A DNA stretch of 64,000 nt from Polyangiaceae bacterium. GTDB lineage: Bacteria; Myxococcota_A; Polyangia; Polyangiales; Polyangiaceae. Of this stretch, positions 1-9,815 are shown in pieces. Made by a program: the position numbers and the translations under genes. The notes under the pieces are model-generated. The model searched no databases and was not told where the DNA came from. It was given only the letters and a program-made list of their open reading frames with translations. The first letter of the stretch is position 1. The number at the start of each line of letters is the position of its first letter. Location of the stretch: NCBI GenBank assembly GCA_044222475.1, contig JBGANF010000019.1, positions 20,673-84,672 of the forward strand, read 5' to 3'.

Positions 1-1263
1 CACGAGCGACAGCACGCGATCCTCGGTCGACACCGGCGTGTCGAAGCTGGGTCGCGCGTGCACGTGCAAGTCGCACCCGACGAGACCGTCCGATGCGATC
101 GCGTGGCGCGGCGCGAGGAGCACGGGAACGCGCTCGCCCGGCTTCACGTCGACGACGACGGAGTCGACCGTCCACTCCATGCCCTTCGTCGCGAGGACCC
201 GGTATTTCCCGGCTGGGAGCGGGGTCACGACGTCACCGCGGAGCGCGTCGATCAGCGGGCCCGCGCCGGAGGCGCGGTAGTCGGGACCGAAGCTCGGATC
301 GAGCGTGCCCTCGACGCCGTGAACGACGAGGCGCGCGGTGATCGGCGCGTGCGTGTCGCCGTCCTCGATGCGCACCGCGAGCTCGCCGCCGTCGGAGACG
401 TCGAGCACGAGGTCGTAGCCGGTGCCAGGCGGGAAGTGAACCGGCGCGCTCGTGCGCGTCGTGCCTTCGCTCGCGTACCACTCGGTGACGTCGTCCGGGA
501 CGGACAGCGCGAAGTGCCCGGTCGGGTCGGTCGGGATGCGGACGCGCGGGCCGCCGTTCTCGTCGAGGCCGATGACGTGGGCCACGCCGGTTGCGCCAGT
601 CACGCTCCCTCGTACCATTTTGGTACTTCGGTTTCGGAGCGCGTTCACCAAATCGAGGACCTCGGCGTGCTTCACCGCGAACGCGAAGACCAGCGTGTCG
701 CCGGCCTCGGTGGCGGCGGCGAGCTCGAGGCCGCCCTTGTTGCTCACGACGACCGCGAGATCGGCGGCGGGAGCAGCAAGGGCGAAGGGACCACCCTCGC
801 CTTCGACGAACACGGCCGGGCCGTGGTCGCTCCCGAAGTCACCGAGCTCGCCGCGACCTTCGAGGAACGCGCTCCTCTTGGCGAGGGGGAGAGACAGCCC
901 GATGCCGGTGCCCTTCAACGTGAGGGCATCGGTGTGCGGGTCGACCGAGAGCTCGACGTCGACGTGATGGGTCGCGTTCGCGAGCGATGCAGTCGCGACC
1001 GCGCCGCCGTCGTCGAGGTGACTGTCGGTGACGTCGAGCTCGGTGGTGCCTTCGTCGTCCTTGAAGACGAGCTCGGCGGAGACGGCGCGCGATCCGTCGT
1101 TCGCCTCGGCGAGGACGCTGCCGTCCGCGTGCACCGAGAACGTGACCGTCTTGCCGGCGAGGCGAAACGCGGCCGGCTTGGGACGCTCGACCGCATGTCC
1201 GCAGTGCGCACCGCGAAAGAGGATCAGCGCGACGGCCAGGACGAGAAGCGCTCCAGCGCCCAC
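1..1263 (-). CDS. Exported PHP-fold metallohydrolase (CehA/McbA-like), truncated by window edge
   Basis: Manual minus-strand translation (not in ORF track): hydrophobic N-terminus MGAGALLVLAVALIL, later LPAGKYRVLATKGMEW and GCDLHVHARPSFD metal-binding motif; frame runs off position 1. Confidence 0.7.
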   Translation of the reverse strand, partial: MGAGALLVLAVALILFRGAHCGHAVERPKPAAFRLAGKTVTFSVHADGSVLAEANDGSRAVSAELVFKDDEGTTELDVTDSHLDDGGAVATASLANATHHVDVELSVDPHTDALTLKGTGIGLSLPLAKRSAFLEGRGELGDFGSDHGPAVFVEGEGGPFALAAPAADLAVVVSNKGGLELAAATEAGDTLVFAFAVKHAEVLDLVNALRNRSTKMVRGSVTGATGVAHVIGLDENGGPRVRIPTDPTGHFALSVPDDVTEWYASEGTTRTSAPVHFPPGTGYDLVLDVSDGGELAVRIEDGDTHAPITARLVVHGVEGTLDPSFGPDYRASGAGPLIDALRGDVVTPLPAGKYRVLATKGMEWTVDSVVVDVKPGERVPVLLAPRHAIASDGLVGCDLHVHARPSFDTPVSTEDRVLSLV

Positions 1264-1294
1264 CTGCAGTCGATCGCGCGTCGATTCCACGGCG

Positions 1295-1768
1295 TCAGCA
1301 TACGCCGACGGCGCGTGGACCTTCGAGGATCGCATGCCGTGACGTCGCCGCTTCTCCTTTGCGGGACGAGAGACGGACGACGAGGTCGGGCGGCCCGAGC
1401 AGGCCGCCCGTCCCGTCGCCCCACTCGCACAGGATGATGGCTCCCTCGCGGCGGCGCGCGCGAAGGCCGAGTCGGGCCACTTCGCCCTCGAACTCGATGG
1501 CGGGGTCGTCGCGGAGTCGGTGGAGATCGACGTGGAGGAGAACACCGCCCTTGGGGAGCCGGTGCTCGAGCACGAGCGCGAAGGTCGGGCTCGCGATCGG
1601 CTCGTCGGCGTCGACCCCGAGCGCGCGGGCGATGGCGCGAGCGAGGAACGTCTTGCCGGCGCCCAGATCGCCCGACAAGAGGACGAGATCGCCGGTCTCG
1701 AGCTTGGCTGCGATGCGTTTGCCGAGCTGAGTCGTGGCGCGACGGGTGGGGAGGGTGAGCTCTCCCAT
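1295..1768 (-). CDS. tsaE: tRNA threonylcarbamoyladenosine biosynthesis ATPase TsaE
   Basis: VLLSGDLGAGKTFLAR P-loop, SPTF, HVDLHRL, CEW motifs; ATG overlaps upstream stop. Confidence 0.92.
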   Translation of the reverse strand: MGELTLPTRRATTQLGKRIAAKLETGDLVLLSGDLGAGKTFLARAIARALGVDADEPIASPTFALVLEHRLPKGGVLLHVDLHRLRDDPAIEFEGEVARLGLRARRREGAIILCEWGDGTGGLLGPPDLVVRLSSRKGEAATSRHAILEGPRAVGVC

Positions 1769-2808
1769 CAGAAACGAAACAGGCCGCGGAGGAGCCCGCC
1801 GCCGAGCACCAGCGGCCCGTCGCCGCCGAACGCGCTCATCAGATCGAAGGCAGCCTCGATCTGGACGCGCTCGCCGAGGCCGAGGGCCACGAAGACGTCG
1901 GTGCGGAGGAGGAAGCGCGGCGACTTGTCGCCGCCGATCGGGAAGAGCGCGCCGATCGTGACCTCCGGCCCGAAGAACAGGCGCGCGGTCGGAACGAGCG
2001 GGATCGCGTAGCGCGCGCCGACGTCGACGGAGATCGACGACGGACCGTAGAAGTTCCCGCCGAAGTTTCCCCGCAGCGCCAGACCGGGCACGCGCTCGAA
2101 CGCGTACTCGCCGGTGAGAAATCCAAAGACCGCTAGCGTCGAGAGACCGGCGCCGCCCTCGGGTCGAACGAACGCGCCGTTCATGCCGAGGCCGGCGCCG
2201 ACGGCGATCGGAAACTTCTCCGCGTAGTCGTGCTTCACCGCCGGCGGCTTCGGCGGCGCGGGCGGGGGCGGCGGCACCTTCGGCGGCGGCGGCTTGTCGG
2301 GAACGATCGGCGGGAGCGTCTGGTTCGCCCACGGGACCTCGGCGTTGCCGATGCCCTCGGGCCGAAGGAGCAACGCGAGCATCTCTCCGATCTGGGTGCT
2401 GCCCACGCGCGGATCGACGTCACGAGTCAGCGACTCGACGCGACCGGTTTCGACCTGGCAGACCTCGATTTCGGTGTGCCAGTACCCGTTGCGGAGCGCG
2501 ACGTGGCCGACGACCGTCCACTGCGACGTCGCGGCCTTGCCGGCGATGCGGTACTCGGCGCTCGTGTCGGCGACGCCGTCTTGGACCGCGGTGACCGCAG
2601 TCGCGAGCTCGGAGTCCGACGCGAGGGTGTGCGCGCGCTGCATCACGGCGCCCTTGGTCGCGGTGCGGACCTCTTCGACCTGGTCGCGATTGACGAAGTC
2701 GGCCGACGGGATGAACGGCAGGACGGCGACCTTGTCGGCGAGCGCCGAAGCCGACCAGAGCGTGACCACGAGCGCGGGAAGGACGGAGAGACGTTTCAGA
2801 CGGAACAC
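1768..2808 (-). CDS. Exported hypothetical protein with Pro-rich linker and C-terminal beta-barrel-like domain
   Basis: Signal peptide (SASALA-DKVAVLPF), PPPP linker, amphipathic strands ending in Phe; start uncertain. Confidence 0.6.
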   Translation of the reverse strand: MFRLKRLSVLPALVVTLWSASALADKVAVLPFIPSADFVNRDQVEEVRTATKGAVMQRAHTLASDSELATAVTAVQDGVADTSAEYRIAGKAATSQWTVVGHVALRNGYWHTEIEVCQVETGRVESLTRDVDPRVGSTQIGEMLALLLRPEGIGNAEVPWANQTLPPIVPDKPPPPKVPPPPPAPPKPPAVKHDYAEKFPIAVGAGLGMNGAFVRPEGGAGLSTLAVFGFLTGEYAFERVPGLALRGNFGGNFYGPSSISVDVGARYAIPLVPTARLFFGPEVTIGALFPIGGDKSPRFLLRTDVFVALGLGERVQIEAAFDLMSAFGGDGPLVLGGGLLRGLFRF

Positions 2809-2905
2809 CTGCTGCAAACTTCTACGCAAGTTGGGGGCCAGGCGCAAAGGAACCGCATTTCCGGGGTATTTCGGCCGCGATCGTGAGCGGCGGTTCACGC
2901 CGCGG

Positions 2906-3280
2906 ATGGTCCATGACGTTGACGCTATACTCAGCGGTCTGAAGCTGGTCGGCAAGGTTCCCCGCGCGCAGGTCGAAAAGGAGGGGTTCGTCCGCGTGAC
3001 GTACCCACCATTCGACGTGCTCGTGGCAATGGTCGACGGGGCGCCGTGCGCGCTCGAGGACGCGTGCAACCATTCCGGGGCGAGCCTCTGCGAGGGCATC
3101 CGGACCGACGAAGGCGACGGCGTCATCTGCCCGCTCCACGGCTACGTGTTCGCGCTGCGAACCGGAGCGCTCGTGGCGCCGAAGGGGCTCTGCGACGACC
3201 AACGAAGGTTTCTCGCGACGATCGAGGGAGACGAGATCGTGATCTGGGATCCGATGGACGTGAAGCTCGTCGGGGCCTGA
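2906..3280 (+). CDS. Rieske [2Fe-2S] ferredoxin
   Basis: DACNHSGASL and VICPLHG Rieske boxes. Confidence 0.9.
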   Translation: MVHDVDAILSGLKLVGKVPRAQVEKEGFVRVTYPPFDVLVAMVDGAPCALEDACNHSGASLCEGIRTDEGDGVICPLHGYVFALRTGALVAPKGLCDDQRRFLATIEGDEIVIWDPMDVKLVGA

Positions 3281-3287
3281 AGGTGAT

Positions 3288-3941
3288 TCAGTGCAACGTT
3301 CGCTTCTCTCGATCCCGGAACGCGGTCTCTTGCAACGCCAGCTCTCGGGTCACGAATCGGATGCGCTTCGCTTCGTCGAGCTCCTCGAGCGCTCGCTGAC
3401 GCGAGTCGGCGTCGACGACGAGGTGCGCGGCGCACGCATCGGCGAGGGCGGCCGCGTCGGCGCCGTCGGGGAGCGCGAAGTGGAACTCCTCGTCGCGCTT
3501 TCGGATCTCGCGCACGAAGCTCGTGGCCGCGGCGACCAACGACGCGCGCTCCACGTCGCTCACCGGTGACGGCACCGGCGGGAGAATCGTGCACCGCGCG
3601 CGGCGAAACGGCGCGACGAACGGCAGCTCGACCAGGCGAACGCGCGCGCGCCCGGCCAGCACCAGGTTCGAGCGACCGTCTCGGAGTTGCTCGTGCTCGA
3701 TGACGACCCCCGCCCCGGCGATCGACTCCACCTCCGGGGCGCCGTCGGCGTTCATCGCGCCGTCGGGCCTCGTGCGCACGACGACCATCGCACGATGCGT
3801 TTCGAGGCAGTGCGCGAGCATCGCGCGGTAGCGCGGCTCGAAGACGTGCAGCGGCAGGAGCGTGTCCGGGAAGAAGACCACCCGCGGGAGCGGGAAGATC
3901 GGCATCTCGTCGAGGGCGGCGTCGAGTGAAGGCTCGGTCAT
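3288..3941 (-). CDS. LON peptidase substrate-binding domain protein
   Basis: PIFPLPRVVFFPDTLLPLHVFEPRYRAM signature. Confidence 0.9.
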   Translation of the reverse strand: MTEPSLDAALDEMPIFPLPRVVFFPDTLLPLHVFEPRYRAMLAHCLETHRAMVVVRTRPDGAMNADGAPEVESIAGAGVVIEHEQLRDGRSNLVLAGRARVRLVELPFVAPFRRARCTILPPVPSPVSDVERASLVAAATSFVREIRKRDEEFHFALPDGADAAALADACAAHLVVDADSRQRALEELDEAKRIRFVTRELALQETAFRDREKRTLH

Positions 3942-4618
3942 GGCCCGAACATCTCGATCGCGCTTCCGTTCATCGCCGCCGGTGCGTCGAGCGCGGCGTA
4001 GGCGACGAGCGACGCCACGTCGTCCGGGGACATCTGCGGCTCCCAGCCGCTCCCTTCGAGCATCTTCGTCTGCACCGAGCCAGGTAGGATGCACATCGCG
4101 GAGAGCCCGCTTCCGCGAAGCTCCTCCGCGAGCGATTTGACGAAGCCGACGACCCCCCACTTCGAAGCGCAGTACGCGCTTTGGCCGGCGGTTCCGAGCG
4201 TGGAGGAGATGCTCCCGATCGCGACGAATCGACCACGGTTCGCGCTGCGCATCGACGGAAGGAACGCGCGCGCCGTGAGGAACGTCCCTTTGAGGTTCAC
4301 GTCGAGGACGGCGTCCCAGTCCGATTCACTCATTTCGTGCACGGTCGCTCGACGGACGATGCCGGCGTTGGCCACCACCACGGTGGGGGCTCCGAACGCG
4401 CGCAAGGTCTCTTGGACGGCGCCTTCGAGCTCGGCCGCGGAGGTCACGTCGCAGTGAAGCGCGATCGCGCGACGGGACTCGTCGCGGACGCGCGCGGCGG
4501 CTTCGTCGAGCTCTTCGCGCGAGCGACCGAGCAGCACGACGTCGAGCCCGCGTTTGGCCAGCGCGATGGCCGACGCGCGACCGATGCCGCGCCCGGCACC
4601 GGTGACGACCGCGATCAT
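3938..4618 (-). CDS. SDR family oxidoreductase
   Basis: TGAGRGIG, ANAG, YCASK motifs. Confidence 0.92.
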   Translation of the reverse strand: MIAVVTGAGRGIGRASAIALAKRGLDVVLLGRSREELDEAAARVRDESRRAIALHCDVTSAAELEGAVQETLRAFGAPTVVVANAGIVRRATVHEMSESDWDAVLDVNLKGTFLTARAFLPSMRSANRGRFVAIGSISSTLGTAGQSAYCASKWGVVGFVKSLAEELRGSGLSAMCILPGSVQTKMLEGSGWEPQMSPDDVASLVAYAALDAPAAMNGSAIEMFGP

Positions 4619-5166
4619 CCGCGCCCTCCGCCCAGCGCCGCGAGCGCGGACGCACGATCGCCGCGAAAGGCGAGCGTCTCGAGGCTTGCTCCGTGGCGCC
4701 GTTGCCCGCGCGCGGTCATGCATCCGTGCGTCATGACGATCCGACACGCGCACCACTGCGGCTCGACGTGCGCCTCGAGTGCGCCCACGACCGACTCGCC
4801 GATCGACTCTTGAAGGATCAGGCGGTTCGCGAACGCATCGATCAATCGAGCGAGCGCGCCGACGCCGACGATCTTGCCCTTGGGCTCGTACGCGAGCGTC
4901 GCCGTTCCGGTCGAGAGCATGAGGTGATGGGGGCACGTCGTCGAGATCGGCACGTCACGCAGGATCACCGGGCCCGAGCCAGGCGCGGCGAGGGTGTTCT
5001 CGCGAAGGAGCGCGGCGACGTCGACGTCGTAGCCGCGGCAGAGATCCTGGATGAACGCCTCGGTGACGCGCTCGCCGGTTCCGCGCAGCTCGGGATCTTC
5101 GTCCGGGTTTCTCCCGATCGCGCGGAGAAACGACTCGATCGCGAGCGCAGCAGCCTTCGGGTCCAT
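4615..5166 (-). CDS. folE: GTP cyclohydrolase I
   Basis: TCPHHL, RLILQE, HGCMTARG motifs. Confidence 0.9.
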   Translation of the reverse strand: MDPKAAALAIESFLRAIGRNPDEDPELRGTGERVTEAFIQDLCRGYDVDVAALLRENTLAAPGSGPVILRDVPISTTCPHHLMLSTGTATLAYEPKGKIVGVGALARLIDAFANRLILQESIGESVVGALEAHVEPQWCACRIVMTHGCMTARGQRRHGASLETLAFRGDRASALAALGGGRG

Positions 5167-5630
5167 CAGTTGAGCGCGTTCTTCCGCGCGCGATCACCGA
5201 TCGGCCTGCGCGAGGCGAAGCCCTCGTCGAGCTGATGGTAGTGGCTCACTTCGTTCTCGCCGTAGCACCAGCACAGCCAGACGAGCTTCGCCTCGAGCTG
5301 GCCGTAGAAATCGACGAGCCCGCGAGCAGGATCCTTGAGGACGCCACCCATCTCGTCGAGTCGACGCCAGCTGCGCTGATACACGTCGATGCGAGCGAGG
5401 ATGTCACGCTTCTGCTTGCGGACGGCGTCGGTGTCGCCGGAGCGCAGCGTGAGGTCACCGCGGGTCTGTTGGGTCGCGTGAGCGAGCTCGGTCAGGGCGA
5501 CTTCGATGGCCTCGCGGCGCTGAAGCTGAGCGGCGACGAGCTTGGTCAGCTCAGGGACGAGCGCGTTCACCGCCTCGAGCGTGAGCACGGTCGGGCCTTT
5601 CGGTCCGGTTTGGCCGAGCGTGTCGTCCAT
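5166..5630 (-). CDS. DUF2203-like protein
   Basis: TLEAVNALVP ... LKDPARGLVDF ... WLCWCYGE ... H ... GFASRRPI pattern. Confidence 0.8.
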   Translation of the reverse strand: MDDTLGQTGPKGPTVLTLEAVNALVPELTKLVAAQLQRREAIEVALTELAHATQQTRGDLTLRSGDTDAVRKQKRDILARIDVYQRSWRRLDEMGGVLKDPARGLVDFYGQLEAKLVWLCWCYGENEVSHYHQLDEGFASRRPIGDRARKNALN

Positions 5631-5663
5631 CGCGCCATCATAGCAGAGCTTTTTTCGCGTCAA

Positions 5664-6851
5664 TCACTCGCGCATCGCCTGCATCGGGTCGACGATCGCC
5701 GCCCGCCACGACGGGACGATCGACAGACCGACGTACGGCACCACGACGGCCGACGCGATGGCGACGAGCTGCGTGACGTCCACCTCGGGGACGAACGGCG
5801 TCTCGGGATAGAGAACGCTCCACCCCACGAGGGCCGCGCGGAGGCCGGGCGCACCGAAGACGAAGACCCACGCATACGCGAGCGCGAGTCCCACCGCGGT
5901 TGCGACCGCGGCGACGATGGTGGCTTCGTAGAGCTTCACGAGCAACACGTCGCGCGTTCCGAAACCCACCGCCTTGAGGATCGCCACCTCGCGCCGCTCG
6001 GCCGGGCCGAGCCCGCTCGCTCGATCCCACGCGAGGAGGAGGAGCGCGACGAGCGCCGGGATCGACGCCGCGAACAGCAGCCCCGCGCGGCGTCCGTAGC
6101 CCGCCTCGTACACCCGGAGGAGCGACCGGCCCTCGATGACGCGCGCGTTCGGCACGCGCCCGAGCGCGCTCGCTGCGACGACGTGCTCTTCTTCGTCGTT
6201 GGCGAGATCGAGCGCGATGTCCGTCGCTTCGTTCTTCGCGAGACCGAGGATCGCGCGCGCGTCGTCGTCGTCGCAGACGAGCACGTCCGCGGTCCAGATC
6301 TCGACCGCGCCGGTGAACGTACCCGCGACCCGAAGCGGTGGGCTCGGCGAAGCGGTCGGCAACTGCATCTCGTCGCCGACGCCCAGGCCGAGCATGTCCG
6401 CGAGGCGCTTCCCGACGACCATCTCGTGCGCGCCGCGCTTCGCGTCGCGTCCGCTCGAGAGCGTCCCGCGAACGTCGTCGAGCGGCGGTGCGTCCGCAGC
6501 CGTCCCGACGACCGTGACGTTGCCCTGCAGCGCGGGGAGAAACAGGTAACCCCAGACGCGCGGGCGCGCGCGCCGTACCGATGGAATGTCGCGAAGCTTC
6601 TCGGCCTCGGACGTGTCGATCACGGTCGGCCGACCACCCACGAGACGCTGGACGACCACATTGGGCACCGCGGCGCTCGCGCGGCGTGCCTCCGCGCGAA
6701 GCGCATCGGTGACGAAGAGGATCGCGGCGACGAGGACGACGGTGAGCGCGAGACCGGCGCCGAGAGCCAGCGCGCGACCGAGGCGGCGACGGAGACCGCG
6801 AACGGCGAACGCGAAGAGACCTTGCGTCATCGTCGGCGGCGTCGCGCTCAT
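5664..6851 (-). CDS. ABC transporter permease (MacB/FtsX-like)
   Basis: N-terminal TM, periplasmic domain, ERREVAILKAVG and PSWRAAIVDPMQAMR. Confidence 0.85.
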   Translation of the reverse strand: MSATPPTMTQGLFAFAVRGLRRRLGRALALGAGLALTVVLVAAILFVTDALRAEARRASAAVPNVVVQRLVGGRPTVIDTSEAEKLRDIPSVRRARPRVWGYLFLPALQGNVTVVGTAADAPPLDDVRGTLSSGRDAKRGAHEMVVGKRLADMLGLGVGDEMQLPTASPSPPLRVAGTFTGAVEIWTADVLVCDDDDARAILGLAKNEATDIALDLANDEEEHVVAASALGRVPNARVIEGRSLLRVYEAGYGRRAGLLFAASIPALVALLLLAWDRASGLGPAERREVAILKAVGFGTRDVLLVKLYEATIVAAVATAVGLALAYAWVFVFGAPGLRAALVGWSVLYPETPFVPEVDVTQLVAIASAVVVPYVGLSIVPSWRAAIVDPMQAMRE

Positions 6852-7147
6852 CGACGTGCGTCCCCCGGCAGTGACGGCGGCGCGAAGGCGGCACCGGCGG
6901 GATCCGGATCGGGAGCGGCGACTCCATCGACGAACGGCGCGCCGGGCTCTTCGAGCCCGGGCTGGCGAAGCCAGCGTGCTCCGCCCGACAGCGCGAGACC
7001 CGCGCCAGGGAGACGCGCGGTGACGGCGCGGATCGCCGGCTGCTCGCTCGACCGCCGGGCTCGCGCCGAGCGCGCGTGGAGCGAGAGCGCCAGACACGTG
7101 AGCGGAAGGACCGCGAGCAACACGAAGCCGAGGACGCGCGGGCTCAT
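6848..7147 (-). CDS. Small hypothetical membrane/exported protein
   Basis: MSPRVLGFVLLAVLPL; overlaps both neighbours by 4 nt. Confidence 0.55.
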   Translation of the reverse strand: MSPRVLGFVLLAVLPLTCLALSLHARSARARRSSEQPAIRAVTARLPGAGLALSGGARWLRQPGLEEPGAPFVDGVAAPDPDPAGAAFAPPSLPGDARR

Positions 7148-8004
7148 GCGGGGAGGATCGCCACCAAGAGCTTGGTGAGGAGGAAGTCGGCGATGAGGAT
7201 CGAGATCGAGACCGCGACGACGGTCTTGGTGGTGCTCTGGCCCACGCCTTCGGTGCCGCCGGTCGTCTTGAGGCCGAAGTGGCAGCCGATGATCGCGATG
7301 ATGAACCCGAAGACGGGCGTCTTGCCCATGCCGGACCACAGATCGCTCATCCGCACGTTGTCGAGCGACGTGCGCAGAAAGAACGTCGGCGAGATGCCGT
7401 ACTCCGCGGCGCACACGAACATCGCCCCGAGGCTCCCGAGGAACAGCGCGATGAGGCTGAGGATCGGCATCACGATGATCGCGGCTCCGACCCTCGGGAG
7501 AACGAGCTTCTTCGCCGGGTCCGCGCCGAGCGCGCGGATCGCGTCCACCTGCTCGGTGACGTTCATCGCCCCGACCTCGGCCGCCATGCCGCTGCCGACG
7601 CGGCCGCCGACGATGATCGCGGTGAGCGTGGGCGCGAGCTCGCGCAGGAACGAGAGCACGATCACGCGGGGGATGTACTCGAGCCCGCCGAAGCGTTGGA
7701 GGCCGAAGGCGAACTGAATCGTCATGACCATCCCGATGAAGACGCTCGTCACCGCGACGATCCCGGTCGACTGCACGCCGAGCGCCTCCATTTGGTAGAC
7801 GAGTGATCGCGTCTCCAGCGGACGCCGAAGCACGGAGCGGAACGTCTGCCCGGTGAGCACCGCGATCGCGCCGAAGTGCTCGACGAGCACGGTCAGGCGA
7901 TGCAGGAAGCCCGGCTCCTCTCTCGGGCGAACCGGAGGAAGGAGCGACACGCTGCTCCTCGGCGGCGCCTCACTCTCGCGATCGCCCTGCGGGGTCGTCG
8001 TCAT
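7144..8004 (-). CDS. mlaE: MlaE-family ABC transporter permease
   Basis: RELAPTLTAIIVGGRVGSGMAAEVGAMNVTEQVDAIRALG, GVGQSTT. Confidence 0.9.
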   Translation of the reverse strand: MTTTPQGDRESEAPPRSSVSLLPPVRPREEPGFLHRLTVLVEHFGAIAVLTGQTFRSVLRRPLETRSLVYQMEALGVQSTGIVAVTSVFIGMVMTIQFAFGLQRFGGLEYIPRVIVLSFLRELAPTLTAIIVGGRVGSGMAAEVGAMNVTEQVDAIRALGADPAKKLVLPRVGAAIIVMPILSLIALFLGSLGAMFVCAAEYGISPTFFLRTSLDNVRMSDLWSGMGKTPVFGFIIAIIGCHFGLKTTGGTEGVGQSTTKTVVAVSISILIADFLLTKLLVAILPA

Positions 8005-8531
8005 GAGCCGTCTCCGAGGGCCATCGTGCGAAAGCCCTGGACGAAGCGGGCGAACGCCGGCGCGCCGGCGTCGTAGTGCTGTGGCGCCGAGATGTACGCG
8101 AGGTCGTAGACGCACCCGTCCTTCTTCAGGACCCAGAGGTCGAACGTCTGGAGCACCCCGTCGAGCTTCGCGGCGAGCACGGTGTGGCGTGCCTCGCGCC
8201 CGTCGAACGGGAGCGTCTCTTCGAGCTTCACGTCGCGCTCGGTCGTGCCGATGACCAGGTGATTCGTGAGCGCGACCAGCGGAGCATCGTCCCCCGGGAC
8301 GTTGCAGCGACCGTGCACCAGGATCGAAGCGAGGTGCGTGTCGTCTCGGAACGCCAGCGCGGTGTTGGGCATCTCGAGCTTGCGCCAGCCCTCGCCGAGC
8401 GGGCCGGCGTGGAAGGCGATCTTCCCGTCGCGGTAGACCGAGCCATCGAAGGTGGGCCCGCCGCCGCACGCGACGAGCGCGGCGAGCGCGACGAGCGCGG
8501 CGAGCAACGCCCGAGACGGTGAGGCTCGCAT
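8001..8531 (-). CDS. Lipoprotein, hypothetical
   Basis: Lipobox LVAC; KKDGCVYDL near C-terminus. Confidence 0.7.
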   Translation of the reverse strand: MRASPSRALLAALVALAALVACGGGPTFDGSVYRDGKIAFHAGPLGEGWRKLEMPNTALAFRDDTHLASILVHGRCNVPGDDAPLVALTNHLVIGTTERDVKLEETLPFDGREARHTVLAAKLDGVLQTFDLWVLKKDGCVYDLAYISAPQHYDAGAPAFARFVQGFRTMALGDGS

Positions 8532-8591
8532 GCCCCGCTTGATAGCACGGCGGTGGCGCGCGCGGCACGGCCGGCGTAGCCTCGTCCGGTC

Positions 8592-9773
8592 GTGGAGCTG
8601 ACCCTCGCATCGGTGAAGCTGCCAGCGATTCGCCCGGCCGAGAAGGTGTTGCTCGGGTACGTCGCGTACGCCGTTCTGCGGATGGCGATCGCCGGTCGTT
8701 TCGCGGTGCATTTCGGGCTGCTCCCCGGGCCGGACCTCTTCCTCGTGTTCCTCGCGATCGTGACGGCGCGGCTGTTTGCAGAATACACCCGTTTTTCGCT
8801 TCCCGGGTCGGCGCGAACGGTCCACCGGGCCTTGGCGCTGGTGGCGGCCGCCGGCGCGGCGATCGGGCTCGCGGTCGTCGGGCTCGAGAGCTGGCGCGAC
8901 TACGGCGACGCTCGAGCGGCGTCGACGTGGCTGCTCTTCCTCCGCGAGCAAGCGAGCCGCATCGGACTTGCGCTCCTGCTCCCTTCGTTCGCGTGGCTCG
9001 TCGTGGGGCGCAGGCTCCGCGAGACGCCCGAGGCAGCGGCCGCGCTGGCTCCCCTTCCCCTCGCGCGCGAGGCCCTCTCCGTCCTCGGAGGAGCGGCGCG
9101 CGATTGGCTCGCCGTGGTCCTCACCATCTACGCGTACTCGTCGACGGAGGCGTCGGGAGCGCTCTTCGGCGACGCCGACGACGCCCTGAAGCACGTCGAC
9201 CGCGCGCTCTTCTTCGGACACGATCCCAACGTTCTCCTCGAGCGCGTGATCTCGCCCGCGCTCAGCGAGTGGATGGCCGGCTGCTACGTCTTCTACCTGT
9301 TCCTGTTTCCGATCGCGCTCGGGGTCGTGTACGCGATCGACCCGCCGCGGTTCCGCTGGCTCGCGTTCTCGGTCGCGCTGACGCTCGCGCTCGGCTACGT
9401 GGGCTACTCGCTCGTGCCGGCCCGCGGCCCCGTCTTCACCACCCACTTCGACGTGAGCCTCGACGTCTACTACCTCCAACCCGTGAAGGAGCAGCTCATG
9501 GACCGCATGCGCGTCCCGCGCGACTGCTTCCCCAGCCTCCACACGGCGGCGTCGCTCGTCCTCCTGCGGGGGACGTACCGCAGCGCACCGAAGCTCGCGC
9601 TCGCCCTCGCGCCGATCGTGCTGACGATCCCCATCGCGTGCGTGTACCTCCGCTACCACTACGTCGTCGACGTGATCGCCGGGGTCGCCCTGTTCGCGCT
9701 CGTGGCGAAGATCGAAGGCGCCCTCGCCGTCCGACACGGCGACGCTGCGACGTCCGTCAGGCAGACCCGGTGA
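8592..9773 (+). CDS. PAP2-superfamily membrane protein (Aur1/IPC-synthase-like)
   Basis: Multiple TMs, PARGP, DCFPSLH, YHYVVDVIAG motifs. Confidence 0.82.
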   Translation: MELTLASVKLPAIRPAEKVLLGYVAYAVLRMAIAGRFAVHFGLLPGPDLFLVFLAIVTARLFAEYTRFSLPGSARTVHRALALVAAAGAAIGLAVVGLESWRDYGDARAASTWLLFLREQASRIGLALLLPSFAWLVVGRRLRETPEAAAALAPLPLAREALSVLGGAARDWLAVVLTIYAYSSTEASGALFGDADDALKHVDRALFFGHDPNVLLERVISPALSEWMAGCYVFYLFLFPIALGVVYAIDPPRFRWLAFSVALTLALGYVGYSLVPARGPVFTTHFDVSLDVYYLQPVKEQLMDRMRVPRDCFPSLHTAASLVLLRGTYRSAPKLALALAPIVLTIPIACVYLRYHYVVDVIAGVALFALVAKIEGALAVRHGDAATSVRQTR

Positions 9774-9815
9774 CGCCGGGCGAGGAGGACGGTATATGCA
9801 TTCCCAGGTTCTGCC

